From positions 52,762,001 to 52,826,000 of the forward strand of contig OZ024748.1 in assembly GCA_964016885.1 (NCBI GenBank): DNA of 64,000 nucleotides. Direction: 5' to 3'. The stretch comes from Eledone cirrhosa (lineage: Eukaryota). Under the pieces are notes generated by a model, which saw only the letters and a list, made by a program, of their open reading frames with translations, made no database searches and had not been told where the DNA came from. This document shows, one piece after another, positions 1 to 13,700 of this stretch. Within the stretch, counting starts at the first letter, position 1; every line of letters starts with the position of its first letter. A program made the translations under genes and the position numbers.

Positions 1-330
1 TGTGTTTGTATGTATGTGTATTTGTCTATGTATGTGTGTGTTTGTATGTATGTGTATTTGTCTATGTATGTGTGTGTTTGTATGTATGTGTATTTGTCTA
101 TGTATGTGTGTGTTTGTATGTATGTGTATTTGTCTATGTATGTGTGTGTTTGTATGTAAGTGTATTTGTCTATGTATGTGTATGTGTGTGTGTGTGTGTG
201 TTTGTATGTATGTGTATTTGTCTATGTATGTGTGTGTTTGTATGTAAGTGTATTTGTCTATGTATGTGTATGTGTGTGTGTGTGTGTGTTTGTATGTATG
301 TGTATTTGTCTATGTATGTGTGTATGTGTG
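1..330. repeat. 36-bp TG-rich minisatellite (tgtgtttgtatgtatgtgtatttgtctatgtatgtg)n
   Basis: Unit repeats directly from position 1, with (TG)n insertions; ORFs here are repeat translations. Confidence 0.9.
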
Positions 331-654
331 TTCCTTGTGCTAAATATTTAATGATAAGCTAATGGAATGCAAATTTCAGTTATCTAAACTGCAAACCAAG
401 ACAAATGTTCCACAGATATTTTAGCTGTGAACATAAATAAAATGGTTTTATTTCCTGATTATCGGCTCTTTTGAAAAGAATTAATTTGATTCCGTGGTGT
501 TTTACCATTTTGAGGGAGATAGGTCTCTGCTTTTAATGTAACCTATTGGTTAGGGGTAGGGTGGGATAGGAGTAAGGGTGGGGGGTGGATGTGATATGGG
601 TAGGGGTGTGGTTCGGTGGGTGATGTGACTGTGGTGGTAGCAGTTGGTGCAGGG

Positions 655-1870
655 GGGTAATGGTGGTTGTGGTGTTGGTGGTGGTGGTGATGTTGGTGGT
701 GGTCATGGTGGTGGTGGTGGTGGTTGTGGTGGTGGTGGTGGTGGTGGTGGTGGTGGTGGTGGTGGTGGTGGTGGTGGTCGTGGTGGTGGTGGTGGTGGTG
801 GTGGTGGTGGTGATCATGGTGTTGGTGGTGGTGGTCATGGTGGTGGTGGTGGTGGTGGTCGTCGTGGAGTTGGTCATTGTCATCATAGTCGTCATTGTTG
901 TTGTTGTTGTTGTTGTACTTGGTGGTAGTAGCAGTGGTGGGTGGCATTGATGGTGATGATTGTGTTGGTGAGGATTGTGGTGGTGGTGGTTGTGGTAGCA
1001 ATGGTGATGATGTTAGTGGTAGTTGTGGTAGCGGTGATGCTGGTGGTTGTGGTAGTGATGATGGTGGTTGTGGTAGTGATGATGGTGGTGGTGGTGGTAG
1101 TGGTGATGGTGATGGTTGTGGTGATGATGGTGGTGGTGGTGGTAGTGATGATGATGATGGTTGTGGTGATGATGGTGGTGGTGGTAGTGGTGATGGTGAT
1201 GGTTGTGGTGATGATGGTGGTGGTGGTGGTAGTGGTGATGGTTGTGGTGATGATGGTGGTGGTGGTGGTAGTGGTGATGGTGATGGTTGTGGTGATGATG
1301 GTGGTGGTGGTGGTAGTGGTGATGGTTGTGGTGATGATGGTGGTGGTGGTGGTAGTGGTGATGGTTGTGGTGATGATGGTGGTGGTGGTGGTAGTGGTGA
1401 TGGTTGTGGTGATGATGGTGGTGGTGGTGGTAGTGGTGATGGTGGTGGTTGTGGTGATGATGGTGGTGGTGGTGGTAGTGGTGATGGTTGTGGTGATGAT
1501 GGTGGTGGTGGTGGTAGTGGTGATGGTGATGGTTGTGGTGATGATGGTGGTGGTGGTGGTAGTGGTGATGGTTGTGGTGATGATGGTGGTGGTGGTGGTA
1601 GTGGTGATGGTGATGGTTGTGGTGATGATGGTGGTGGTGGTGGTAGTGGTGATGGTTGTGGTGATGATGGTGGTGGTGGTGGTAGTGGTGATGGTGATGG
1701 TTGTGGTGATGAAGGTGGTTGGGGTGGTGATGGTTGTAGTGGCGGTGCTGTTGGTGGTGGTAGTGGTGATGGTGATGGTTGTGGGGATGAAGCTGATGTT
1801 GTTGATGATGATGATGATGGTGGTGAGGTTAAGGGTTATGGTAGCGGTGGTAATGATAGTGGTGACGGTG
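655..1870. repeat. (GGT/GAT)n trinucleotide-based compound satellite
   Basis: Pure (GGT)n, then a higher-order unit ggtagtggtgatggttgtggtgatgat(ggt)n. Confidence 0.9.
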
Positions 1871-1919
1871 GTAGATGTTGTAGAGAGTAAGGGGGAGGGC
1901 AGGTGGTGGAATATAAGAT

Positions 1920-2040
1920 TAATTGTTTCTATTTTAGGCACAAGGCCAGCAATTACCCAGTATATTACTGGTACTTTATTTTATCGACCCTGTAAGGATG
2001 AAAGGCAAATTAACCTTGGCAGGATTTGAACTCAGAATTG
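1920..2040 (-). mobile_element. SINE family A, 3' part
   Basis: Reverse complement of the family A body (gcctttcatcc...gtcgataaaataaagtaccagta...ggccttgtgcctaaa.tagaaacaatt). Confidence 0.85.
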
Positions 2041-2649
2041 CAAGGCCAGCCCCAAAATATGGGGAAAGGTATCTAGAACTAATCAAGAAACCCTAGGATC
2101 TAGGATTATCTTGACTTCCAAAGGCAAGTGCGTTTCACCAGTCAGGCCCTGTACCAGACTTTCATGCTCATTAGGAGTCTTCAGAACATTCAGGGGGCAA
2201 GAGGGGATGGAATCTTATAGAACAAGGAATTTATTTCAGGACGTTTTTTTCATAAACTTTATTCTCTAAATCTAAGGATACTCCATTTAAAAGTGAGATG
2301 TGGAAGTATAATCTAGAGCCTCTCTCTCCAACCCTGGGGCAAGCCTGACTCCAACTGTGTTCTCTGAACTACAGGTTCACATTGAGAGTAGGTCAAAAGG
2401 GAAGATGTCTGTTTTCTGTCCTTTCTATTTAGTTAACCATACAATTGCTTGCACTATAACCACCAGACAGAAAAAAACATTTGCCTTTTTCACTGCCAAA
2501 ACAAGGCATAAGAGTGAATTAATGCTTTCCTTTTCATACTTATAATGAAATACGTATAATCCAATAAATATAATACATATTGACTATACAGTATGTATAG
2601 AAATACATGTGAGTCCCAAGTTCAGTGAGAGGAAACTATAGTTAGTAAG

Positions 2650-2942
<293 letters not shown>

Positions 2943-3009
2943 TGTGGTTCTGTGTGTTGAACAATTAAAATAAAACAAAAGTCAAAGATGGTGAGATGGA
3001 TCTAGGATA

Positions 3010-3125
3010 TTTGCTTTTATGGGATCAATAAAATAAAGTACCAGTAATGCACTGGGTTGATTTAATCGACTTTTCCCTCATCCCAAAATTACTGGCCTTG
3101 TGCCTAAATCAGAATTCATTATTAT
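3010..3125 (+). mobile_element. SINE family A, decayed 3' part
   Basis: ataaaataaagtaccagtaatgcactggg...ggccttgtgcctaaa. Confidence 0.75.
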
Positions 3126-3271
3126 TATTTTTATTCACACTCTGCTTATTAACGATATCAATTATGGTATAACACCAAATGTGCAATATCACATTGGCAA
3201 CCAGACACATTTAGCCATCAAATGGTCAAACTGGTGAACCAATAGTAACTTAAAGTTACACACTAATAAAC

Positions 3272-3322
<51 letters not shown>

Positions 3323-3689
3323 GTATACACATGCACATATGTACATATAGAGAAGAGCAGAAAGAAGAGATAAAAGGAGATATCTAATGTAGCTTTATAG
3401 TCGTGTGATTCTTTCAGTTGAAACAGTTAGAATTAAGAGTTTTCACTGAACTTTATTAAATTATTGTACAGCCAGATGTTGAAGTGTTGTTTCTATGACA
3501 TCTCAAACAGTTTTCTTGTCATTTTTCAGATTTTTGCTCTTAATGTTATTTAGGAATGAAAAATCAATTGTTACAAAATTAATCTGTTTCGTGGATTTTT
3601 AATCTTCCCTTAATCTCATCGCTATCTGCTTTTAGTGTTCATTTTTAATCTTTTTCCTTATAATTTTTATTAGTATCTGTACAAATGTG

Positions 3690-3740
3690 TGTATATTAAT
3701 ATATATATATGTGTGTATGTGTGTGTGAGAGAGAGAGAGT

Positions 3741-3817
<77 letters not shown>

Positions 3818-3972
3818 ACTATATATGCGCGTGTGCATGCGTGTGTATATATATATACATATATATATATGTATATGTATGTTCATGTATATATATGTGT
3901 GTGTGTGTGTGAGAGAGAGAGAGTGTTTATATATATATATATATATAGGACTATATATGCGCGTGTGCATGC

Positions 3973-4008
<36 letters not shown>

Positions 4009-4063
4009 GTATATGTATGTTCATGTATATATATGTGTGTGTGTGTCAGCATTTATGTATATG

Positions 4064-4100
<37 letters not shown>

Positions 4101-5810
4101 ATGTGCATATGCGTGTATGTATGCATATGTGTTTGTATGAGCATATGTATGTGCATATGTGTGTATGTGCATATGATTGTGTTTGTGTGTATTTATGTCT
4201 GTGTTTAAAATTTCATATTTTTATTGTTTTATTGTTTATTTGTTTTATATGTTTGTTTGTTTATATAAATTTTTTGCTTGTCTTGTTTTTTGTTGTTGTT
4301 ATTATTTGTTTGTTTCTGTTTAATTAGTTTATTTTTCTTGTTTTAATTCATATCACTTTTATTTCCTCCTCTTTTTATTTTGTTCTGTTGTCTCCTGCTT
4401 TTTATTTGTTTACCAATTTATTTTATTTTAATTAGTACACATACATACATACACATACATACACTCACATGTATATACATACACACACACACACACACAA
4501 ATAAGCACACGCACATACACACACACACATACATATACATACACACACAAACAAAGACACACACGCACACACACATACATGCACACATACCCACATACCC
4601 ACACATACACACACATATACACACGCACACGCACACATGCACATACACACATTCATATGGACAAACACACGCACACACATAACCACACAGATACACACAT
4701 AACCACACACAGAAATATGGATTGATATACACAAAAACACATACACACACACATATTCATATGTACACAAAAACACACACACACATAACTACACAGATAC
4801 ACACATAACCACACACAGAGATATAGATTGATATACACAAAAATACATACACACACATACATAAACATACACACACACAGAGAGGCACGCATTCATATAC
4901 AGAAAAGCACACGCATACATACATAGAGGGACATGGATTGATATACACATACACACACATACACTCATACATTGACATAGACATATGTATATGCACACAC
5001 ACACAAACATACCTATACATGCACACACGCATGTACCCACACAGACACATACAAACACATACAAACATACATACACACATATATACATGTAAAGTGTGTG
5101 CATGCTTATATTTTAAATGTCTGCCTGTATGTATATATATATATATATGTATGTATGTGTGTATGTATGTTTGTGTGTGTATGTATGTATCCATGTATGT
5201 ATATATATATATATATATATGTGTATGTTTGTGTAAGTATGTATGTATATATGTATGTGTGCATGTATGTATGTGTGTGTATGCATATATGTATATGTGT
5301 GAGTAAGTATGTATATATATATGTATGTGTGTGTATGAATGTATGTAGTATGTATATATGTATATGCGTATGTACGTATATATGTATGTATATATGTATG
5401 TGCGTATATATGTATATATGTGTATATGTATATATATGTGTGTGTGTGTATGAATGTATGTAATATGTATATATATGTATGTGTGTATGCATGTATATAT
5501 GTGTATGTATGTATGTATATATATATGTGTGTGTGTATGAATGTATGTAGTATGTATATATGTATGTGCGTATGTATGTATATATGTGTATATATGTATA
5601 TATATGTATATATGTATATATGTATATATATGAATGTGCATATGTATGTATATATGTGTATGTATGTATGTATATGTATGTATATATGTATATATGTATA
5701 TATGTACATATGTATATATATGTATGTGCGTATGTATGTATATATGTGTATGTATGTATGTTTATGTATGTATATATGTATATATGTATATATGTGTGTG
5801 TGTATGTGTG
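3690..5810. repeat. Compound TA/TG/CA microsatellite field
   Basis: Mixed dinucleotide repeats with local duplications (e.g. ggactatatatgcgcgtgtgcatgcg at about 3816 and 3948). Confidence 0.9.
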
Positions 5811-6029
5811 AGTAGATGTATTTGTAAATTAAAAGAATTTTTGAATAATTTACTTTTTATCATCATTTATTGTATTATAGTTATTAATTTATGTTTGTTA
5901 ATATTTTTGAAATTTTCTCTCCTTTTACCGAAATTCTTTGACGAAATAAATCTGATCTAATCCTCTGTTAATTCCCATGTTTAGTGCCAACGATACTTGG
6001 AAGAGGTCTGGTTGATGACATATACTAGT

Positions 6030-9000
6030 GCTGCTGTTAGTGTTGGTGTTGGTGCTGCTGGTGGTAATGTTGGTGTTGCTGTTGGTGCTGCTGTTGGTAA
6101 TGTGGGTGTTGGTGCTGCTGTTGTTGATAATGTTGTTGTTGGTGCTGCTGTTGGTAATGTTGGTGTTGGTGCTGCTGTTGGTAATGTTGGTGTTGGTGCT
6201 GCTGTTGTAATGTTGGTGTTGGTGCTGCTGGTGGTAATGTTGGTGTTGGTGTTGGTGCTGCTGTTGGTAATGTGGGTGTTGGTGCTGCTGTTGGTAATGT
6301 TGTTGTTGGTGCTGCTGTTGGTAATGTTGGTGTTTGTGCTGCTGTTGGTAATGTTGGTGCTGGTGCTGCTGTTGGTAATGTTGTTGTTGGTGCTGCTGTT
6401 GGTAATGTTGGTGTTGGTGCTGCTGTTGGTAATGTTGTTGTTGGTGCTGCTGTTGGTAATGTTGGTGTTGGTGCTGCTGTTGGTAATGTTGGTGTTGGTG
6501 CTGCTGTTGGTAATGTTGGTGCTGGTGCTGCTGCTGGTAATGTTGGTGTTGGTGCTGCTGTTGGTAATGTTGGTGTTGGTGCTGCTGTTGGTAATGTTGG
6601 TGCTGGTGCTGCTGTTGGTAATGTTGGTGTTGGTGCTGCTGTTGGTAATGTGGGTGTTGGTGCTGCTGTTGGTAATGTTGGTGTTGGTGCTGCTGATGGT
6701 AATGTTGGTGTTGGTGTTGGTGCTGCTGTTGATAATGTGGGTGTTGGTGCTGCTGTTGGTAATGTTGGTATTGGTGCTGCTGTTGGTAATGTTGGTGTTG
6801 GTGCTGCTGGTGGTAATGTTGGTGTTGGTGCTGCTGTTGTTAATGTAGGTGTCGGTGCTGCTGTTGGAAATGTTGGTGTTGGTGTTGGTGCTGCTGTTGG
6901 TAACGTTGTTGTTGGTGCTGCTGTTGGTAATGTTGGTGTTGGTGCTGCTGTTGGTAATGTTGTTGTTGGTGCTGCTGTTGGTAATGTTGGTGTTGGTGCT
7001 GCTGTTGGTAATGTTGGTGTTGGTGCTGCTGTTGGTAATGTTGGTGCTGGTGCTGCTGTTATTGTGGGTGTTGGTGCTGCTGTTGGTAATGTTGGTGTTG
7101 GTGCTGCTGTTGGTAATGTGGGTGTTGGTGCTGCTGTTGGTAATGTTGGTGTTGGTGCTGCTGTTGGTATTGTTGGTGTTGGTGCTGCTGTTCGTAATGT
7201 TGTTGTTGGTGCTTCTGTTGGTAATGTTGGTGTTGGTGCTGCTGTTGGTATTGTTGGTGTTGGTGCTGCTGTTCGTAATGTTATTGTTGGTGCTGCTGTT
7301 GTTGTGGGTGTTGGTGCTGCTGTTGGTAATGTTGGTGTTGGTGCTGCTGTTGGTAATGTGGGTGTTGGTGCTGCTGTTGGTAATGTTGGTGTTGGTGCTG
7401 CTGTTGGTAATGTTGGTGTTGGTGCTGCTGTTCGTAATGTTGTTGTTGGTGCTTCTGTTGGTAATGTTGGTGTTGGTGCTGCTGTTGGTATTGTTGGTGT
7501 TGGTGCTGCTGTTCGTAATGTTGTTGTTGGTGCTGCTGTTGGTAATGTGGGTGTTGGTGCTGCTGTTGGTAATGTTGGTGCTGGTGCTGCTGTTGTTGTT
7601 GGTGTTGGTGCTGCTGTTGGTAATGTTGGTGTTGGTGCTGCTGTTTGTAATGTTGTTGTTGGTGCTGCTGTTGGTAATGTTGGTGTTGGTGCTGCTGTTG
7701 GTATTGTTGGTGTTGGTGCTGCTGTTGGTAATGTTGGTGTTGGTGCTGCTGTTGGTAATGTTGCTGTTGGTGCTGCTGGTGGTAATGTTGGTGTTGGTGC
7801 TGCTGTTGGTAATGTTGCTGTTGGTGCTGCTGTTGGTAATGTTGGTGTTGGTGCTGCTGTTGGTATTGTTGGTGTTGGTGCTGCTGTTGATAATGTTGGT
7901 GTTGGTGCTGTTGTTGGTAATGTTGGTGTTGGTGCTGCTGTTGGTAATGTTGGTATTGATGCTGCTGTTGGTAATGTTGGTGTTGGTGCTGCTGTTGGTA
8001 TTGTTGGTGTTGGTGTTGGTGCTGCTGTTGGTAATGTTGGTGTTGGTGCTGCTGTTGGTAATGTTGGTGTTGGTGCTGCTGTTGGTAATGTTGGTGTTGG
8101 TGCTGCTGTTGGTAATGTTGGTGTTGGTGCTGCTGTTGGTAATGTTGGTGTTGGTGCTGCTGTTGGTAATGTTGGTGCTGGTGCTGCTGTTGGTAATGTT
8201 GGTGTTGGTGCTGCTGTTGGTAATGTTGGTGTTGGTGCTGCTGTTGGTATTGTTGGTGATGGTGCTGCTGTTGGTAATGTTGGTGCTGCTGCTGGTAATG
8301 TGGGTGTTGGTGCTGCTGTTGGTATTGTTGGTGATGGTGCTGCTGTTGGTAATGTTGGTGTTGGTGCTGCTGTTGGTAATGTTGGTGTTGGTGCTGCTGT
8401 TGGTAATGTTGGTGCTGGTGCTGCTGTTGAAATTGTTGGTGTTGTTTTTGGTGCTGCTGTTGGTAATGTTGGTGCTGGTGCTGCTGTTGGTAATGTTGGT
8501 GTTGGTGCTGCTGTTCGTAATGTTGTTGTTGGTGCTGCTGTTGGAAATGTTGGTGTTGGTGCTGCTGTTGGTAATGTTGGTGTTGGTGCTGCTGTTGGTA
8601 ATGTTGGTGTTGGTGCTGCTGTTGGTAATGTTGTTGTTGGTGCTGCTGTTGGTAATGTTGGTGTTGGTGCTGCTGTTGGTAATGTTGGTGTTGGTGCTGC
8701 TGTTGGTAATGTTGGTGTTGGTGCTGCTGTTGGTAATGTTGTTGTTGGTGCTGCTGTTGGTATTGTTGGTGTTGGTGTTGGTGCTGCTGTTGGTAATGTT
8801 GGTGCTGCTGTTGGTAATGTTGGTGTTGGTGCTGCTGTTGGTAACGTTGTTGTTGGTGCTGCTGTTGCTAATGTTGGTGCTGCTGTTGGTAATGTTGGTG
8901 TTGGTGCTGCTGTTGGTAACGTTGTTGTTGGTGCTGCTGTTGGTAATGTTGGTGCTGCTGTTGGTAATGTTGTTGTTGGTGCTGCTGTTGGTAATGTTGT

Positions 9001-10330
9001 TGTTGGTGCTGCTGGTGGTAATGTTGGTGCTGCTGTTGGTAATGTTGGTATTGGTGCTGCTGTTGGTAATGTTGTTGTTGGTGCTGCTGGTGGTAATGTT
9101 GGTGCTGCTGTTGGTAATGTTGGTATTGGTGCTGCTGTTGGTAATGTTGTTGTTGGTGCTGCTGGTGGTAATGTTGGTGCTGCTGTTGGTAATGTTGGTG
9201 TTGGTGCTGCTGTTGGTAATGTTGTTGTTGGTGCTGCTGGTGGTAATGTTGGTGCTGCTGTTGGTAATGTTGGTGTTGGTGCTGCTGTTGGTAATGTTGT
9301 TGTTGGTGCTGCTGTTGGTAATGTTGGTGTTGGTGCTGCTGGTGGTAATGTTGGTGCTGCTGTTGGTAATGTTGGTGTTGGTGCTGCTGTTGGTATTGTT
9401 GTTGTTGGTGCTGCTGGTGGTAATGTTGGTGCTGCTGTTGGTAATGTTGTTGTTGGTGCTGCTGGTGGTAATGTTGGTGCTGCTGTTGGTAATGTTGTTG
9501 TTGGTGCTGCTGGTGGTAATGTTGGTGCTGCTGTTGGTAATGTGGGTGTTGGTGCTGCTGTTGGTAATGTTGGTGTTGGTGCTGCTGTTGGTAATGTTGG
9601 TGTTGGTGCTGCTGTTGGTAATGTTGTTGTTGGTGCTGCTGTTGGTAATGTTGGTGTTGGTGCTGCTGTTGGTAATGTTGGTGTTGGTGCTGCTGTTGGT
9701 AATGTTGGTGTTGGTGCTGCTGTTGGTAATGTTGGTGTTGGTGCTGCTGTTGGTAATGTTGGTGTTTGTGCTGCTGTTGGTAATGTTGGTGTTGGTGCTG
9801 CTGTTGGTAATGTTGGTGCTGGTGCTGCTGTTGGTAATGTTAGTGTTTGTGCTGCTGTTGGTAATGTTGATGTTGGTGCTGCTGTTGGTAATGTTGGTGT
9901 TGGTGCTGCTGTTGGTATTGTTGGTGTTGGTGCTGCTGTTGGTAATGTTGGTGTTGGTGCTGCTGTTGGTAATGTTGATGTTGGTGCTGCTGTTGGTATT
10001 GTTGGTGTTGGTGCTGCTGTTGGTAATGTTGGTGTTGGTGCTGCTGTTGGTAATGTTGGTGTTGGTGCTGCTGTTGGTAATGTTATTGTTGGTTCTGCTG
10101 GTGGTGCTGCTGTTGGTAATGTTGTTGTTGGTGCTGCTGTTGGTAATGTGGGTGTTGGTGCTGCTGTTGGTAATGTTGTTGTTGGTGCTGCTGTTGGTAA
10201 TGTTGGTGTTGGTGCTGCTGTTGGTAACGTTGTTGTTGGTGCTGCTGTTGGTAATGTTGTTGTTGGTGCTGCTGTTGGTAATGTTGGTGCTGCTGTTGGT
10301 AATGTTGGTGCTGCTGTTGGTGATGCTAGT
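6030..10330. repeat. 4.3-kb 27-bp minisatellite (gttggtgctgctgttggtaatgttggt)n with 21- and 33-bp variants
   Basis: Roughly 160 tandem units; five of six frames lack stops because of the unit composition. Confidence 0.95.
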
Positions 10331-10489
10331 GCTGCTTTTGCCACCACCAACACCATTGATAATGCCAACAGTCAGCATCTTGCCATCACCACAAACACCA
10401 TCATCATCACCACAAGCACCACCATCATTACCTGCACTATTACCACCACTACCACCATCATTACCTGCACTATTACCACCACTAACACC

Positions 10490-11092
10490 ATCACCACCCT
10501 GACACCACCACCACCACCACCACCACCATCACCACCACCACCACCACCACCACCACCACCACTGACACCACCACCACCACCACCACCACCATCACCACCA
10601 CTGACACCGCCACCACCACCACCACCACCACTGACACCACCACCACCACCACCACCACCATCACCACCACTGACACCACCACCACCACCACCACCACCAC
10701 TGACACCACCACCACCCCACCACCATCACCACCACCACCAACCACTGACACCACCACCACCACCACCACCACCATCACCACCACTGACACCACCACTGAC
10801 ACCACCACCACCACCATCACCACCACTGACACCACCACCACCACCACCACCACCACCACCACCACTGACACCACCACCACTGACACCACCACCACTGACA
10901 CCACCACCACCACCACCACCACCACCACCACTGACACCACCACCACCACCACCACCACCACTGACACCACCACCACTGACACCACCACCACCACCACCAC
11001 CACCACTGACACCACCACCACCACCATCACCACCACTGACACCACCACCACCACCACCACCACCACTGACACCACCACCACCACCACCACCA
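10490..11092. repeat. (CCA)n with interspersed ctgaca
   Basis: ccactgacaccacca...; strand polarity is opposite to the neighbouring array. Confidence 0.95.
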
Positions 11093-11216
11093 GTGGTACT
11101 AAACCCCCAATTCAGACAGTACCACACCAACTTATTATGAAAGCTCCACATTGATTATGGTATTAAGGAAGATTTCTTTGATAACGATGTTGATGACAAT
11201 GATGATGATGATGCTT

Positions 11217-11665
11217 GTTATTATTATTGTTGGTGTTATTGTTGTTGGTGGTGGTGTTGGTGTTATTATTGTTGTTGTTGGTGTTGTTGTTGGTGTTGGT
11301 GTTGGTGTTATTATTGTTGTTGGTGGTGTTATTGTTGTTGTTGTTGGTGTTATTATTGTTGTTGTTGTTGGTGTTATTATTGTTGTTGTTGGTGTTGTTG
11401 TTGGTGTTGGTGTTGGTGTTGGTGTTGGTGTTATTATTGTTGTTGTTGGTGTTATTATTGTTGTTGTTGGTGTTATTATTGTTGTTGTTGGTGTTGTTGT
11501 TGGTGTTGGTGTTGGTGTTATTATTGTTGTTGTTGGTGTTATTATTGTTGGTTTTATTGTTGTTGGTGTTATTGTTGTTGTTGTTGGTGTTATTATTGTT
11601 GTTGTTGGTGTTATTATTGTTGGTTTTATTGTTGTTGGTGTTATTGTTGTTGTTGTTGTTGATAT
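11217..11665. repeat. (GTT/ATT/GGT)n compound repeat
   Basis: ggtgttattattgttgttgtt units. Confidence 0.9.
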
Positions 11666-12179
11666 TATTATCATCATAATCTTTACTAGTGTGCACTGAT
11701 TTGTATTTAAAATCACACACACTTTAATGGTGTGTCTTAAATAAAGAACTAGAATAATACAATATATATATGTATATATATATATATGTATATATATATA
11801 TGTGGGTGTGTATGTATGTATATATGTGTGTGTGTGTCTGTATGTATTTATATATATATATGTGTGTGTGTGTATATGAGTGTACATATATAAATATATA
11901 TGTTTACACGCCTGTGTGTGTGTGTATGTGAGTGTTTGCCAACAATCAAAGCAAAAAGAATACAATAAAATCTATAAGAGGCAAATCTTTCATATCTCCA
12001 GAATTCTCAGCAGACGCTATTGAGTACCATTACAATGTGTGCCAATCATGAACTGGGAGCTGGGCGTGGGAAGAGGTGGCATTTATTAAGAGAATTAAGA
12101 ACTAAGAAATACAAAATGGAAGGAACATTGATCAATCCAAGTCAAGAATTTTAGTTAAGTTAATGATATTTATTAAATA

Positions 12180-12530
12180 TAATAATGGTTTTTGATCTTG
12201 GCACAAGGCCAGCAATTTGAAGAGGAAAGGAATGGAAAGTCGATCAAATCGACCCTAGTACATTGCTGGTACTTTATTTTAATGGCCCCATAAGGATGAA
12301 AGGCAAAGTCAACCTCGGCGGGATTTGAACTCAAACCGTAAAGGGACGTAACTATGCTGGAAAGCATGGCGTCCGACTCTCTACCGATACTGCCAAAATA
12401 TAATAATGGTTTCTGATTTAGGTACAAGGCCAGTAATCTTTCAGGTGAGGAGGGGAAAGTCAAAATGATATTGACCACCGTATTTTACTGGTATTTTTTT
12501 TATCAACATCGGAAAGATGAAAGACAAAAT
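12180..12530 (-). mobile_element. SINE family A, near full-length copy plus adjacent partial copy
   Basis: Reverse complement contains A box (tggcagtatcgg), B box (gagttcaaat) and family A body; second partial body at about 12405-12530. Confidence 0.85.
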
Positions 12531-13082
12531 ATAAAGACCATAATGCAAATTCACGCTTCTGCCAATTTACTGTCCTAATAATAATCTAAACTATAATCAA
12601 GTAAGGAGTGTGGAACTGCGTCCATAATATATTTTTTTTATCCTGTTTGTAAAATAAGTTGGATTACTTTGAATAAATAATTAATGAATTTTAGGATTTA
12701 GGACTGAACTCTGTTGATATTTCGCTCCGTCGATTTTGACTGCGCAGACCTTCTTGAATTTTTTCAGAAATAACACATGGTTACTGTGCATGATATTTTG
12801 CTAATGCATTAACTCCTCACAGGGTGTAGTAATGAAACTGTACAGTCTGGAGCATTCTTTGTGCTCCCACACAAATTCGTTTATCCACTATATAACATAT
12901 TGTGTCTACTCTGATATACAAATTCTTATTTACAAAATACGATTTTAGTACAATTATTGGATGAGTGGTTAATGGCAATCCTAGATGAAAACTAATTGTC
13001 TGGTTCATTATAATTATTGTACACACACACACACATATATATATATATGTATAGTTATGTAATAAACAACATAAGGCAATTA

Positions 13083-13144
13083 TTTCATTTACCAGCGGTT
13101 TCTTAAAAGCAAAAAAAAATTTGCTTTCAATCATCAGAATGAAA
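13083..13144 (-). ncRNA. Type I hammerhead ribozyme
   Basis: Minus strand: tttcatt-CTGATGA-ttgaaagcaaa/tttgcttttaa (helix II)-GAAA-cc gct gg-TA-aatgaaa; helix I 7 bp, GUA cleavage triplet. Confidence 0.88.
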
Positions 13145-13175
13145 AAATCCTGGTGTATTTATTGACGTTGGATTT

Positions 13176-13238
13176 TTTCATTCTGATGATTGAAAGCAAA
13201 ATTTTTTTTTGCTTTTAAGAAACCACTGGTAAATGAAA
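13176..13238 (+). ncRNA. Type I hammerhead ribozyme
   Basis: tttcatt-CTGATGA(13183-13189)-ttgaaagcaaaa/ttttgcttttaa-GAAA(13219-13222)-cc act gg-TA-aatgaaa; predicted cleavage after 13231. Confidence 0.88.
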
Positions 13239-13499
13239 TAATTGCCTTATGTTGTTTATTACATAACTATTAAGCTCTGTTACCTACATAGAGCACTCTT
13301 TTTCCTGGACTTTTCCGACGGAATTACTTCATTCACATATATACACACATATATATATATATATATATATACAATATTGGAAAAAAATCAAGGAAATAAA
13401 ATTAATAAATAGAATTTCATATTCTTGGTTTTTTTTTTCTAAGGATGTCATGAAAACCAAATTGAAGATAGCGAGTTTGGCTTTTACATCTACCTCCCT

Positions 13500-13700
13500 T
13501 CTACTGAATGTTATAGCTGGCACATTACAGCACCAGCTTTTGCAATTCTTGCACTTAATTCAGCCTCCTGCCTTCCATCACTCATAAACACATCCCTGAG
13601 ATACTTGAACTTCTCTACCTGCTTCAATGGAACTCTACTTACATGTAACATGAACTGTGCAGGTTCCTTGAGAGAACGATTTTCATTCCAGCCATGAAAG
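13500..13700 (-). mobile_element. RTE-clade LINE reverse transcriptase fragment
   Basis: Translation PLKQVEKFKYLRDVFMSDGRQEAELSARIAKAGAVM matches the RTE V..F.YLG...DG...E...RI.KA motif. Confidence 0.8.

Noticed and set aside
11100-11215. In-frame TGA followed by protein-like KLHIDYGIKEDFFDNDVDD
   Set aside because: Flanked by simple repeats; no SECIS or other readthrough evidence.
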